DNA from: Desulfomonilia bacterium | GTDB taxonomy: Bacteria > Desulfobacterota > Desulfomonilia > UBA1062 | Reading direction: 5' to 3' | Length of the DNA: 64,000 bases | Assembly (NCBI GenBank): GCA_963664325.2 | Contig: CAXXDQ010000007.1 | Span: 704,001-768,000 of the forward strand | Shown: piece after piece, positions 1 through 9,152 of the stretch | Layout of the letters: the number at the start of each line of letters is the position of its first letter | How positions within the stretch are numbered: the first letter of the stretch is position 1 | Notes under the pieces: generated by a model | Databases searched by the model: none | What the model was told of the DNA's origin: nothing | The model's input: the letters and a program-made list of their open reading frames with translations, nothing else | Position numbers and translations under genes: made by a program

Positions 1-58
1 AGCGTCAGAGGTCTTGATTAACCTTGCCGGTCGATCCCCTTAACTACTCATTCGGTTC

Positions 59-850
59 CTACTTTTTCTTCGGGGGCATCAGCATATCCTGGATGCGCAT
101 CATGAAGCTGCCCATAACGCCGGCATATTCAGGAGAGCCTTCCAGCTTGATGTCGCCGTCGGATGTCGCACTGACCGTATCCTTGCTTTCGCCCAGAACC
201 TTGTAGGCGCCTTCGATGCCGTTAAATCTCATGTGCACAAACGGGGCCTTCCGTGCATATTTGCCGTGGCCGGCCTTTGTCTTTCCGGCTTTGATCCTCA
301 AATAAGCGGCAGGGCCGTCAGGGTCCACCGACATCTGGTAAATCCTGTCGGGCTGCTTGCCGGTCCAGACCATCATATCCTCGTCACCGCCCTTGTTGAG
401 CTGTGAAAGAGCATTGGTGATCATGTACATGATCATCTTCACCTTCAGTTCGCGCTTGGCGGGGTCCTTGGGATTCATGTTCGGCATCAGCAGCAAAAGA
501 CCGAGCATAAGGAGCAGAAGCTTCCCGACAAGGGTGATCTTCGTAAGTCCCTTTGGAAAACCTGCCAGCACGGGAACCCCGCCCGTGAAAAGCGCGTTCA
601 TGCCCGCTGCGTGCTTGAATGCAAGCGCCAGGTCGGGATTCGGGTGTATGCCCTGCAGGACATCGAGTTTTCCATCCTTGAATTCTAGGTACGCACCGGT
701 ATCAGTCCCCTTGATGCAGAACTGGATCACGCCGTCATACTTGCCAAGAAGCTTCCTCACCGACATGTAGTCGGCCTCGTAAAGCACCTTGAACAACGGC
801 ATGATCGACCGGAGCGCAATCCGGTTTGTCAGCATTACCTTATCAGCCAT
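59..850 (-). CDS. Hypothetical protein with two SCP2 (sterol carrier protein 2)-like lipid-binding domains
   Basis: 263-aa ORF with AGGAG RBS; two segments (VIQFCIKG..AYLEFKDGKLDV..G..PDLALAF and IYQMSVD..AYLRIKAGK..G..MRF..GDIKLEG) match the SCP2 beta-strand pattern; family call by eye. Confidence 0.55.
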   Translation of the reverse strand: MADKVMLTNRIALRSIMPLFKVLYEADYMSVRKLLGKYDGVIQFCIKGTDTGAYLEFKDGKLDVLQGIHPNPDLALAFKHAAGMNALFTGGVPVLAGFPKGLTKITLVGKLLLLMLGLLLLMPNMNPKDPAKRELKVKMIMYMITNALSQLNKGGDEDMMVWTGKQPDRIYQMSVDPDGPAAYLRIKAGKTKAGHGKYARKAPFVHMRFNGIEGAYKVLGESKDTVSATSDGDIKLEGSPEYAGVMGSFMMRIQDMLMPPKKK

Positions 851-862
851 GAGAGTTCTCCT

Positions 863-1870
863 TTATGCCTCGTCTTCCCAGTTTTCGTCCTCTTCGATCT
901 CCATCTTCAGAAGTGCGCCGACCGTCTCTACTATGCCGTCGGCATCGAACTTGTAGTGGTGATAGAGGTCTTCAGGGTAACCGACTATCGCAAAGATATC
1001 AGGTACTCCAAGACGCTTGAATGCACATGCCTTGCCGCTTTCGACGATCACTTCTGCGACTGCAGAACCAAGACCGCCCATAATGCTGTGGTCTTCGACC
1101 GTTACAATGCGGCGGGTTTCGGTGACAGCCTCAAGGATTGCATCCTTGTCTATCGGCTTTATCGTATGCATATTGATAACCCTTGCCTCCAGGCCCTGGG
1201 ATTTCAATACCTCGGCAGCCCTCATGCATTGAAGCACACCTACTCCGCAGGCGATAAGGGTGATGTCCTTGCCGTCCCTCATCTTTATGGCCTTGCCGAT
1301 CCTGTAGTCATAGTCCTGGGATTTATAAACAGGGGGCTCAAAACCGCGCCCGATCCTTATGTAAACAGGACCCTCAATCCCCATTGCCGCAACAACCGCA
1401 TTGCCCGTCTCAAAACCGTCGGCTGGCGCTATAACCGTCATGTTCGGGAAAGAGCGCATTATCGCCAGGTCTTCCGTGCAGTGATGGGTCGAACCAGCCT
1501 GGCCGAATGAAATCCCCGCATGGGTCGCTATGATTTTTACATTCAGCTTCTGGTAACAGATATCGGTCCTGACCTGCTCCGCACTCCTCAAGGAAGCAAA
1601 AGCCGCCATTGTAGAAACAACAGGGATCATGCCCGCCTGTGCAAGTCCAGCGGCCATTCCGAACATCGTGTTTTCTGCAATGCCTACATTTATAAACCTT
1701 TCGGAATACTTCTTTCCGAAGCGCCCGATCTTCGTAGAGCTTGCAAGGTCTGCGGTTATCGCTATGATATTGGGATACCTGTCACCTAATTGAGCAAGAA
1801 CTTCTCCATATATTTCCGCCTGTGTTAACTTATCGCCATCGGTTACCGACCAGCTCATACCTTCAGCCAT
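863..1870 (-). CDS. Transketolase, C-terminal (pyrimidine-binding) subunit
   Basis: ADLASST, NVGIAE, G.G.THHCTED, GPVYIR, TIKPID and EDH..GGLG motifs; GGAGG RBS. Confidence 0.93.
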   Translation of the reverse strand: MAEGMSWSVTDGDKLTQAEIYGEVLAQLGDRYPNIIAITADLASSTKIGRFGKKYSERFINVGIAENTMFGMAAGLAQAGMIPVVSTMAAFASLRSAEQVRTDICYQKLNVKIIATHAGISFGQAGSTHHCTEDLAIMRSFPNMTVIAPADGFETGNAVVAAMGIEGPVYIRIGRGFEPPVYKSQDYDYRIGKAIKMRDGKDITLIACGVGVLQCMRAAEVLKSQGLEARVINMHTIKPIDKDAILEAVTETRRIVTVEDHSIMGGLGSAVAEVIVESGKACAFKRLGVPDIFAIVGYPEDLYHHYKFDADGIVETVGALLKMEIEEDENWEDEA

Positions 1871-1887
1871 GACTTACCTCCTCATCC

Positions 1888-2730
1888 TTATATTTCGCAA
1901 TAGCACTTGTCCAGACATGCGAGCGCCTGATCCCTGAGGTCGCTGTTGATCCCGCCGTAGTGCCACTGTGACTGGTTCTCAAACATTTCAACCCCTTTAC
2001 CCTTAACGGTATTGCATATGATCACCGTCGGCTTACCCTTGGTGGCCTGTGCCTTTTCGATCGCATCGCCGATCTGGGCAAAGTCATGACCGTCAATAGT
2101 TATGGTTTCCCATCCGAAGGCCTGGAATTTTGCATCCAGCGGTTCGAGGGATGTAATGTTCTCGGTCGGACCGTCAATCATGAGCTTGTTGCGGTCAACA
2201 AATAGCGTCAGATTGTCAAGTTTATGATGCGTTGCAATAATGGCTGCTTCCCAGTTTGTGCCTTCGCACAGTTCGCCGTCTCCCACCATGCAGTATGTCC
2301 TGTATGATTTTTTATTGAGTTTGGCCCCGACGGCAAGCCCTACCGCGATTGCAAGTCCGTGCCCCAGAGACCCTGTTGATGCATCGCAGCCTTTGACTTT
2401 AAGGGAATCAAGGTGCATGCCGAACGGGGAACCAGTCTTGTTGAAGTTCTTCAGCAGGTCTTTGTCGAAATACCCTTTTTCCCCCAGTACCGCGGCCCAG
2501 CCAACCCCGCCATGGCCTTTGCTCAGAATGAACCTGTCGCGATCGGCCCAGGCCGGATTTGCCGGATCGATATTCATATACTTCCAGTACAGGGCGACAA
2601 GCACGTCTGTCTGTGAAAGCGACCCTCCGAGGTGAGATCCGCCGCAGGTAAATGTGGTTTCGACAATCAGTTTCCTGATATCCCACGCCTTCTTTCCTAA
2701 TCCCTTGATTTCCTCTTTTGTTAACGGCAT
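1888..2730 (-). CDS. Transketolase, N-terminal (ThDP-binding) subunit
   Basis: SHLGGSLS, DRDRFILSKGH, STGSLGHGL, GDGE..EG..WEA...N ThDP motif, DGHD, TVKGKG. Confidence 0.95.
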   Translation of the reverse strand: MPLTKEEIKGLGKKAWDIRKLIVETTFTCGGSHLGGSLSQTDVLVALYWKYMNIDPANPAWADRDRFILSKGHGGVGWAAVLGEKGYFDKDLLKNFNKTGSPFGMHLDSLKVKGCDASTGSLGHGLAIAVGLAVGAKLNKKSYRTYCMVGDGELCEGTNWEAAIIATHHKLDNLTLFVDRNKLMIDGPTENITSLEPLDAKFQAFGWETITIDGHDFAQIGDAIEKAQATKGKPTVIICNTVKGKGVEMFENQSQWHYGGINSDLRDQALACLDKCYCEI

Positions 2731-2772
2731 TAAAACCTCCTTCCCCCGCCTTCCGGGGATCGATTTTTCGTT

Positions 2773-3411
2773 TCAGGGCTTTGCCCCGAAAATTTTCTTG
2801 CAGACCCATACCGTATCATCTATCAATTCCTCGGGTGATTTCCTGCCTTCGAGAAACGTCTCCTGCCTGATCTTCAGATAAAGCGAAATCTGTGAAAAAG
2901 TAAACATCATCAGATTATTGTCCAGGAAATAATTTGCGGCGTCAATATCCACGTCCGGGTGTATGTGGCCGGTAGCGATTCCGTCCTGCACGATCTTCTT
3001 GAAAAAAGTGTGCCCGACTTCCTCGATCGTCTTTGCATACTTTCTTGAGAAGTCGTCCATGCTGGATGACAATAGAGACATGTACAGCTGCAGGGCCTGA
3101 GGATTTTCCTTCGAAAATGAAAGCGCAGCCAGGAATATGGATTTTATTTTTTCAAAAGGGTCATCCCCCTTGTCGAGCCTGCTCGTGAACGTATCACCGA
3201 GAACGCCGATGCCCATTTCCAGGGTATCGCAGAAAAGTTCTTCCTTGCTGGTAAAATATTTGTACATTGCCCCGATGGATATTCCGGCTTTAGAGGCAAT
3301 AGTATTGATATTCGCTTTATAATAACCGTGTTCTGCAAATTCTCTCGTGGCAATGTCAAGGATCATCTGTTGTTTTTCGGGTGTTATCCGCCGGAATGTG
3401 CCTCTTGCCAT
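2773..3411 (-). CDS. TetR/AcrR family transcriptional regulator
   Basis: N-terminal HTH (ILDIATREFAEHGY..ANINTIASKAGISIGAMYKYFTSKEELF); start moved to ATG 3411 behind a GGGGA RBS. Confidence 0.92.
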   Translation of the reverse strand: MARGTFRRITPEKQQMILDIATREFAEHGYYKANINTIASKAGISIGAMYKYFTSKEELFCDTLEMGIGVLGDTFTSRLDKGDDPFEKIKSIFLAALSFSKENPQALQLYMSLLSSSMDDFSRKYAKTIEEVGHTFFKKIVQDGIATGHIHPDVDIDAANYFLDNNLMMFTFSQISLYLKIRQETFLEGRKSPEELIDDTVWVCKKIFGAKP

Positions 3412-3452
3412 GTCTTGGTCTTCCCCGTAATTAATTCTTATTTTTAAATGAT

Positions 3453-3470
3453 AGCGAGCGACTGCTCGCT
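3453..3470. promoter_or_regulatory. Inverted repeat AGCGAGC-N4-GCTCGCT, putative TetR operator
   Basis: Perfect 7-bp arms abutting the predicted -10 of the tetR promoter, the usual position for TetR autorepression. Confidence 0.6.
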
Positions 3471-3498
3471 GACTACATGATGCTGTATTTATTGTCAA
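3470..3498 (-). promoter_or_regulatory. Putative sigma70 promoter for the tetR-transketolase operon
   Basis: TTGACA-17 nt-TAGTCA on the minus strand. Confidence 0.5.
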
Positions 3499-3530
3499 GA
3501 ACAATATTGTTCATAACTATTCATAATCAA

Positions 3531-3559
3531 TTGACAGTCTTCAGGTCTTATCCTAATGA
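3531..3559 (+). promoter_or_regulatory. Putative sigma70 promoter for the AOR operon
   Basis: TTGACA-17 nt-TAATGA, 70 nt upstream of the AOR start. Confidence 0.5.
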
Positions 3560-3629
3560 TTATAGTCTTGGAAAAATCAGCCGCCAATTACTGCGGATGC
3601 ATTAAACAGCATGGAGGTTATTTAAATTT

Positions 3630-5819
3630 ATGCACTATACAAAGCAGCAGCTCAGGCATGGATATTCGAACCAGTATCTTGAAATTGATCTTAACAGCAA
3701 CGACATGATCATAAAACCTGTTGATCCAGCCGTAAGGGATTTTTTCATTGGAGGCAGAGGGCTGGGACTTTATTACCTCCACAAACTTACAGAACCAGGA
3801 ATGAGCGCTTATGATCCCCAAAACCCGCTCATCTTTTCCCCCGGGCCGCTTGGCGGCGTCCCCCAGTTTCCAGGGACAGCAAAATGCATGGCTGTTTCAC
3901 TATCTCCGCTTACCCATGTTCCCGGGGTATCCAATTTCGGAGGACATTTTGGTGCATATCTCAAATATGCGGGCTTCGATGCACTGCTTTTTACAGGCAA
4001 GGCGGATACGAATTCCATAATCATCATTGATGGATTCAAGAATGAGATATCAATCCAGGTTTCACCGTCCTGCGACCTTGTTTTCGACCTTGAGAAACAC
4101 CTCGTCGGGATGTTCACAGGTCAGGGTTATGAAAAAAAGCACATAGTGTTTCTTTCGACAGGGATCGGCGCGGCAAATACCACCTACGGCTGCATCAACA
4201 GCCATTATTTCGATCTCACAAAACCTGCAATGGATGGAACCAAAGGAATATGGAGGGTCAAGCAGGCAGGCCGGACCGGGCTGGGCACCGTCATGATGGA
4301 TAAAAAAATCAGGGCTGTCGTTGTTCTGGCCGACTACCCCAAGGGCGAAAACCCTTACGGTGCGGCTGACTGGGAAAAAGTAAAAGAATCCGGGCAAAAA
4401 CTCGGCAAGGTCGTACATGATGTTGACCCCCACTCTCTTCAGATGCACAGGAAAGGAAGCGCGGGACTTATTTCATTTATGAACAGGGATTCCTATTGCT
4501 CGCTTCCCGTAAGAAACTACCAGTTCGGCTCAGATGTCCAGGCCGAAAAAATCTGCGGCAAATACTATGCAGAGCATCTTTTTGATCACAGGGGCAACGA
4601 CGGCTGTTTTCCCGGTTGCAATCTGAGATGCACAAAAGGCGGATGTGTAACGCTAAAATCCGGCCGGAAAAAGGGCTTGCGGGTATGGGTTGACGGCCCG
4701 GAATATGAAACAGCCGCAGGTTTCGGCTCGAACCTGGGAATCTTCGATCCCGAGTTTATAATGGAGGCCAACTGGTATTGTGATGATTACGGCATCGACA
4801 CGATAACAGTTTCAGTTATCATGGCTTTTATCATGGAATGCTTCCAGAGGGGCTATCTTGCAAAAGACGACACCGGAGGTTTCGAACTCAACTGGGGGGA
4901 CGTGGCAGCCTCAGCCGCATTCATACACAATGTGGGCCGGCAGGAAACCGAACTCGCCAGGATAGCGGGAAAGGGCATGCTCGAACTTATCGACTGGGTT
5001 GCGGAAAAGTATATGCGGAGAACAGGAGAAAAAGATCCAAGGCCTGATCTCGAGCTGTTTGCGATGCACTCGAAAGGACTTCCGTTTTCTCTTTACAGGA
5101 CTCACCGCTCCCTTTCCATGCAGGGTTCTTATGCCGCCGCCAGCGACATAGGGGCACACCATGCCGCAGCATGGCTTATCAAAGCGGACCTGCTCGGCGC
5201 TTTTCCAAGCTTCGAGGACAAGGCGCGCGCGCTCATTACATATCCGCGCGTCAGGCTTGGGAATGACAACCTGGGGCTATGCAAACTTCCCTGGGTGGAT
5301 GTTTTCAATCCGGATTCAGAAAAATATACAAATACTGATATCTATATAAATCCCGCATCACAGGAGTTTTATGCAGGCTTCTATAACGGGATGCTGGGCA
5401 CAGACATGACCTGGGAACAGATTTTCGAGCAGACCGACAGGGATATAAACCTGCAACGTGTAATGAATGTCATGGTCTACGGGAGGGAAACCGGGTCACA
5501 TGACTGGATACCCGACCGTGCAATAGGCCCCACCACCGACAGCCTGTATGAAGCGGAAAAAGATTATAATGATGAAGAGGTTTCCCGAATAACAGGCAAA
5601 GACATTCCCGTTGTCAGACACATGAATATACCTGAAAAGAGGGAACTCCTTATGAAAAGCAGGAAAGACCGCCTGAAAAATCTGGTCCGGTCATATTATG
5701 AAGCCAGGGGATGGACTGCAGAGGGCATACCCCCAATAGAAACACTTGAAAAGCTCGGCCTCTGGCAATTCATCAGCGATGGAACAAAGGAGAGGCTTGC
5801 AGAACTTTTAAGCTCGTGA
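3630..5819 (+). CDS. Aldehyde:ferredoxin oxidoreductase (tungstopterin AOR family)
   Basis: FIGGRGLG, NPLIF..GPL.G, SPLT, LKYAGFDA, AGRTGLG, C..GC...C, GPEYET, CDDYGIDTI, YYEARGW..EGIP motifs; GGAGG RBS. Confidence 0.93.
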   Translation: MHYTKQQLRHGYSNQYLEIDLNSNDMIIKPVDPAVRDFFIGGRGLGLYYLHKLTEPGMSAYDPQNPLIFSPGPLGGVPQFPGTAKCMAVSLSPLTHVPGVSNFGGHFGAYLKYAGFDALLFTGKADTNSIIIIDGFKNEISIQVSPSCDLVFDLEKHLVGMFTGQGYEKKHIVFLSTGIGAANTTYGCINSHYFDLTKPAMDGTKGIWRVKQAGRTGLGTVMMDKKIRAVVVLADYPKGENPYGAADWEKVKESGQKLGKVVHDVDPHSLQMHRKGSAGLISFMNRDSYCSLPVRNYQFGSDVQAEKICGKYYAEHLFDHRGNDGCFPGCNLRCTKGGCVTLKSGRKKGLRVWVDGPEYETAAGFGSNLGIFDPEFIMEANWYCDDYGIDTITVSVIMAFIMECFQRGYLAKDDTGGFELNWGDVAASAAFIHNVGRQETELARIAGKGMLELIDWVAEKYMRRTGEKDPRPDLELFAMHSKGLPFSLYRTHRSLSMQGSYAAASDIGAHHAAAWLIKADLLGAFPSFEDKARALITYPRVRLGNDNLGLCKLPWVDVFNPDSEKYTNTDIYINPASQEFYAGFYNGMLGTDMTWEQIFEQTDRDINLQRVMNVMVYGRETGSHDWIPDRAIGPTTDSLYEAEKDYNDEEVSRITGKDIPVVRHMNIPEKRELLMKSRKDRLKNLVRSYYEARGWTAEGIPPIETLEKLGLWQFISDGTKERLAELLSS

Positions 5820-5832
5820 TTATATCCTGATC

Positions 5833-6735
5833 ATGCCCCATACCGATGAGATCCTGACAATACTTTTCGCCGACATATCCGGCAGCACGGGCCTTTATGA
5901 ATCGCTGGGCAATGAGGCTGCCCACAGCATAATCAGGGAATGCCTTTCAATGCTCGGGGTCACGGCCCGTTTGCACGACGGTGAAGTCATCAAAACCATG
6001 GGTGACGGAATCATGTGCTCTTTTCACGATGCAGCAAACGCAACGGATGCGGCTATCGCAATGAACCAGGTAATCGATCAGATTGCAGGCAGACAGGCTG
6101 ACAAGCATATCGTTCCGAATATAAGAACCGGATTTCATACAGGTCCGGTTATACGCCGGGAAAACGACATATTCGGCGATGCGGTAAACGTTGCCGCCAG
6201 AATGGCTTCCCTTGCCAAACCGAGGCAGATAGTGACAACGAAATCAACTGTCGATAGCCTCCCGGATTTTTTCAAGGAGAAGACCGGATTTTTTGACAGG
6301 ACGACCATCAGGGGCAAAGGCGGGGAATTCGACATTTATGAAGTCATCTGGGAGGAAGGCAACCAGACCGTCATCATTAAGACCGAGCAGCCACAACAGG
6401 AACTTGAAAGCTTTATGAATGTCGTATCCGGTGAAAAAAAAGTCAGTGTAGACAAATCGAACCCGGCAATCACCATAGGCCGCCAGGAGCATAATACAAT
6501 TGTCATCGACGACAACATGGTATCCCGCTCCCACTGCAAAATCGAGTATCACAAGGGAAAATTCATATTCATCGATCAGAGTTCGAACGGCTCTTACATA
6601 CATGATGAAGACGGGCATGCCGTTTACGTTCACAACGACGAATCCGTCCTCGGTGAAAAGGGTTTTATAAGCCTCGGGCGTGACGGCATGCAGAATTCCA
6701 TGCTTTCCATCTCATTCAAGAAAAAACTGCGGTAG
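5833..6735 (+). CDS. Class III adenylate cyclase with C-terminal FHA domain
   Basis: FADISGST, KTMGDG, DIFGDAVNVAARM catalytic motifs; FHA motifs IGR, VSRSH, SSNG. Confidence 0.9.
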   Translation: MPHTDEILTILFADISGSTGLYESLGNEAAHSIIRECLSMLGVTARLHDGEVIKTMGDGIMCSFHDAANATDAAIAMNQVIDQIAGRQADKHIVPNIRTGFHTGPVIRRENDIFGDAVNVAARMASLAKPRQIVTTKSTVDSLPDFFKEKTGFFDRTTIRGKGGEFDIYEVIWEEGNQTVIIKTEQPQQELESFMNVVSGEKKVSVDKSNPAITIGRQEHNTIVIDDNMVSRSHCKIEYHKGKFIFIDQSSNGSYIHDEDGHAVYVHNDESVLGEKGFISLGRDGMQNSMLSISFKKKLR

Positions 6736-6754
6736 TATAAGGGCATACTGTTCT

Positions 6755-7894
6755 ATGATACTTTTCTTCCTGATATATCTTACTTTTTACGGCTCTATGC
6801 ATACCTATGCATTTTTCAAGGCCAGGGCAGCGCTGAAGTTCGGCAGAAAAAGAGGCATGCTGATAGCAATTTTCATGTTATTCATGATGTTCGCTCCAAT
6901 TATCACAAGGACACTCGAACATTCAGGCCATGAAACTGCTGCGCTGATTGTCGCTTATACCGGGTATATATGGATGGGGACACTTTCGATATTCATCATA
7001 TTTGCAATCCTGATCGGGATATACAGGCTGATTGCATTTGCCGCAGGAAATTTTTTCATGAAAGATACCGATGCATATATTCCCTCTGCTTTCAGCGCCT
7101 TCATTATCCCTGTTTTTCTGGCTGTTATTCTCGCCGGATACGGTATTTACGAAGCGCTGAATATAAAAACCGAACATATTGCAATAAATACCGCAAAGAT
7201 CCCGCCATCAGCGGGCAGGATAAGGATTGTCCAGATATCAGATGTCCACCTCGGTCTTATGGCGGGAAGGCACCGGCTGGAAAATATTATCAAATCAGTC
7301 GAGGCTGCCAATCCGGATGTTCTTGTCTCAACTGGTGATCTTATCGATGGCCAGCTTGATGACATTGAAGGCAATATAAAATTGTTAAACCGGATAAATC
7401 CGAGGCTTGGAAAATTTGCCGTTACCGGCAATCACGAGGTTTATGCAGGTTTATGGGTTTCAATAAAACTGACTCAGTCCGCGGGATTCAGGATGCTGAG
7501 AGATGAAGCAGTGGCTGCTGGTGACTCGCTCGCCATCGCAGGCTTTGATGACAAGGGGCACTCTCAACCCAAGATATCGGATATACAGGTGGAAAAAGAC
7601 ATCCTTTCAAAGCTCCCTCATACCAGGTTCATTATAGTCCTAAAGCATAAACCTGAAGTTGCAAAAGAGATATACGGGCTCTTTGATCTTCAGCTTTCAG
7701 GCCACCTCCATGGCGGACAGATTTTCACTTTTATCCCGCTTCTCAGGATCGCCTACCCCTATATTTCCGGACTTCATGAACTTCCTGACAGGAGCAAGCT
7801 CTATATAAGCCGAGGGACCGGGTTGTGGGGCCCGCCAATGCGTGTTTTCGCACCTCCCGAGATAACTGTAATCGATCTGATTCCCCTTAAGTAG
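6755..7894 (+). CDS. Membrane-anchored metallophosphoesterase (YkuE/YaeI-like)
   Basis: Hydrophobic N-terminal helices, then SDVH, GDLID, GNHE, H, GHLHGGQ motifs; start taken at ATG 6755. Confidence 0.88.
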   Translation: MILFFLIYLTFYGSMHTYAFFKARAALKFGRKRGMLIAIFMLFMMFAPIITRTLEHSGHETAALIVAYTGYIWMGTLSIFIIFAILIGIYRLIAFAAGNFFMKDTDAYIPSAFSAFIIPVFLAVILAGYGIYEALNIKTEHIAINTAKIPPSAGRIRIVQISDVHLGLMAGRHRLENIIKSVEAANPDVLVSTGDLIDGQLDDIEGNIKLLNRINPRLGKFAVTGNHEVYAGLWVSIKLTQSAGFRMLRDEAVAAGDSLAIAGFDDKGHSQPKISDIQVEKDILSKLPHTRFIIVLKHKPEVAKEIYGLFDLQLSGHLHGGQIFTFIPLLRIAYPYISGLHELPDRSKLYISRGTGLWGPPMRVFAPPEITVIDLIPLK

Positions 7895-8083
7895 CCATTC
7901 ACGGCTATGAACTACGAGTTGCAAAAGGCAGTATGACGGGTTGATAACGCTTATTGTTTATTATTCCTATTTATTGTTCGTTTGCAAATGCTCACGAAGG
8001 TTTTTCGCGATGCCAATGTTTACCTTGACATGCCTGATAAGTTTGTCCAAACATATCGGGAAACGGATAACAGCGGAGGGTCT

Positions 8084-9073
8084 ATGATCAAAACAGCCAT
8101 TACCGAGATGTTCGGGATAAAATACCCGATAATATGCGGGGCAATGATGTGGCTATGCAAGCCGCAGTTATGCGCCGCCATTTCAGAAGCCGGAGGCATG
8201 GGCAATATCACGGCAGCAAATTACGAGACCGAGCAGGACTTCAGGAATGCAATAGCGGAAGTCAGGGAACTTACAAATAAACCTTTCGTAATCGGACTGA
8301 CACTGCTCCCTTCAATCAGAATTACAGCGGAACACCATCAGATGTATATAAAGGTCTGTGAAGAAGAAAAGGTGCCGGCGATTGAGGTATCAGGCACCCC
8401 TCTTGACAAGGTGGTAGGAATGGAAGGCGTAAAAAAGCTTAAAAAGGCCGGAGTCAGGCTGTTTCACAAACTGGGATCAGTCAGGCATGCAATCCATGCG
8501 GAAAAAGCCGGGTACGACGGAGTCTATGCCGCCGGCCTCGAAGAAGGCGGGCATCCGCTGAGTGACGATGTTACAACAATGGTTCTGACACCCCGCATTG
8601 CAGAAACAGTCAAGATTCCTGTTGTGACGGTCGGCGGGATTGCAGACGGAAGGAGTATGGCCGCCGCCCTCACGCTTGGGGCACAGGGCGTCATGATGGC
8701 GAGCCGTTTCATTGCCACCAAGGAATGTACCGTCCATGAAAAAATAAAACAGGAACTTATTAACCGCCAGGAAAACGACACCCGCATATTCGGCAGATCA
8801 ATAGGACTTCAGGGCAGAGCCCTAATTAACAGGGTCATCGGAGAGGTCTTGAAAATCGAATCCGAGGGGGGCGGGCTCGACAAGCTTATACCGCTCATTG
8901 CCGGTCCCCGAATCAAGCAGGCATGGGACGAAGGCGATGTCGAAATGGCGCCTTTAATGGTAGGCCAGTCCATCGGGCTTATTCACGACATCCTCTCATG
9001 TAAGGAACTGCTGAATAAAATGCATGATGAGGCAGTTGCCTGTTTGAATAAGACAACCGCCCTTATTAATTAG
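8084..9073 (+). CDS. Nitronate monooxygenase / FabK-like enoyl reductase family flavoprotein
   Basis: KYPII.GAM, SEAGGMG, G.E.GGH, GGIADGR..AAAL.LGA.GV motifs; ATG 8084 follows GGAGG. Confidence 0.88.
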   Translation: MIKTAITEMFGIKYPIICGAMMWLCKPQLCAAISEAGGMGNITAANYETEQDFRNAIAEVRELTNKPFVIGLTLLPSIRITAEHHQMYIKVCEEEKVPAIEVSGTPLDKVVGMEGVKKLKKAGVRLFHKLGSVRHAIHAEKAGYDGVYAAGLEEGGHPLSDDVTTMVLTPRIAETVKIPVVTVGGIADGRSMAAALTLGAQGVMMASRFIATKECTVHEKIKQELINRQENDTRIFGRSIGLQGRALINRVIGEVLKIESEGGGLDKLIPLIAGPRIKQAWDEGDVEMAPLMVGQSIGLIHDILSCKELLNKMHDEAVACLNKTTALIN

Positions 9074-9112
9074 ATTGCTGCGCGTTTAAATTTATATTTC
9101 AAGATAATCAGG

Positions 9113-9152
9113 AAAGGGGCTTGCCGGAATATCCTGCAAGCCCTTTATTTTT
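9113..9152. terminator. Intrinsic terminator between convergent genes, possibly bidirectional
   Basis: GGGCTTGC...GCAAGCCC stem followed by TTTATTTTT and preceded by AAA. Confidence 0.7.

Noticed and set aside
3630-5819. Selenocysteine read-through at the AOR TGA stop
   Set aside because: AOR domain is complete before the stop and the next gene starts 13 nt later; no SECIS-like hairpin seen
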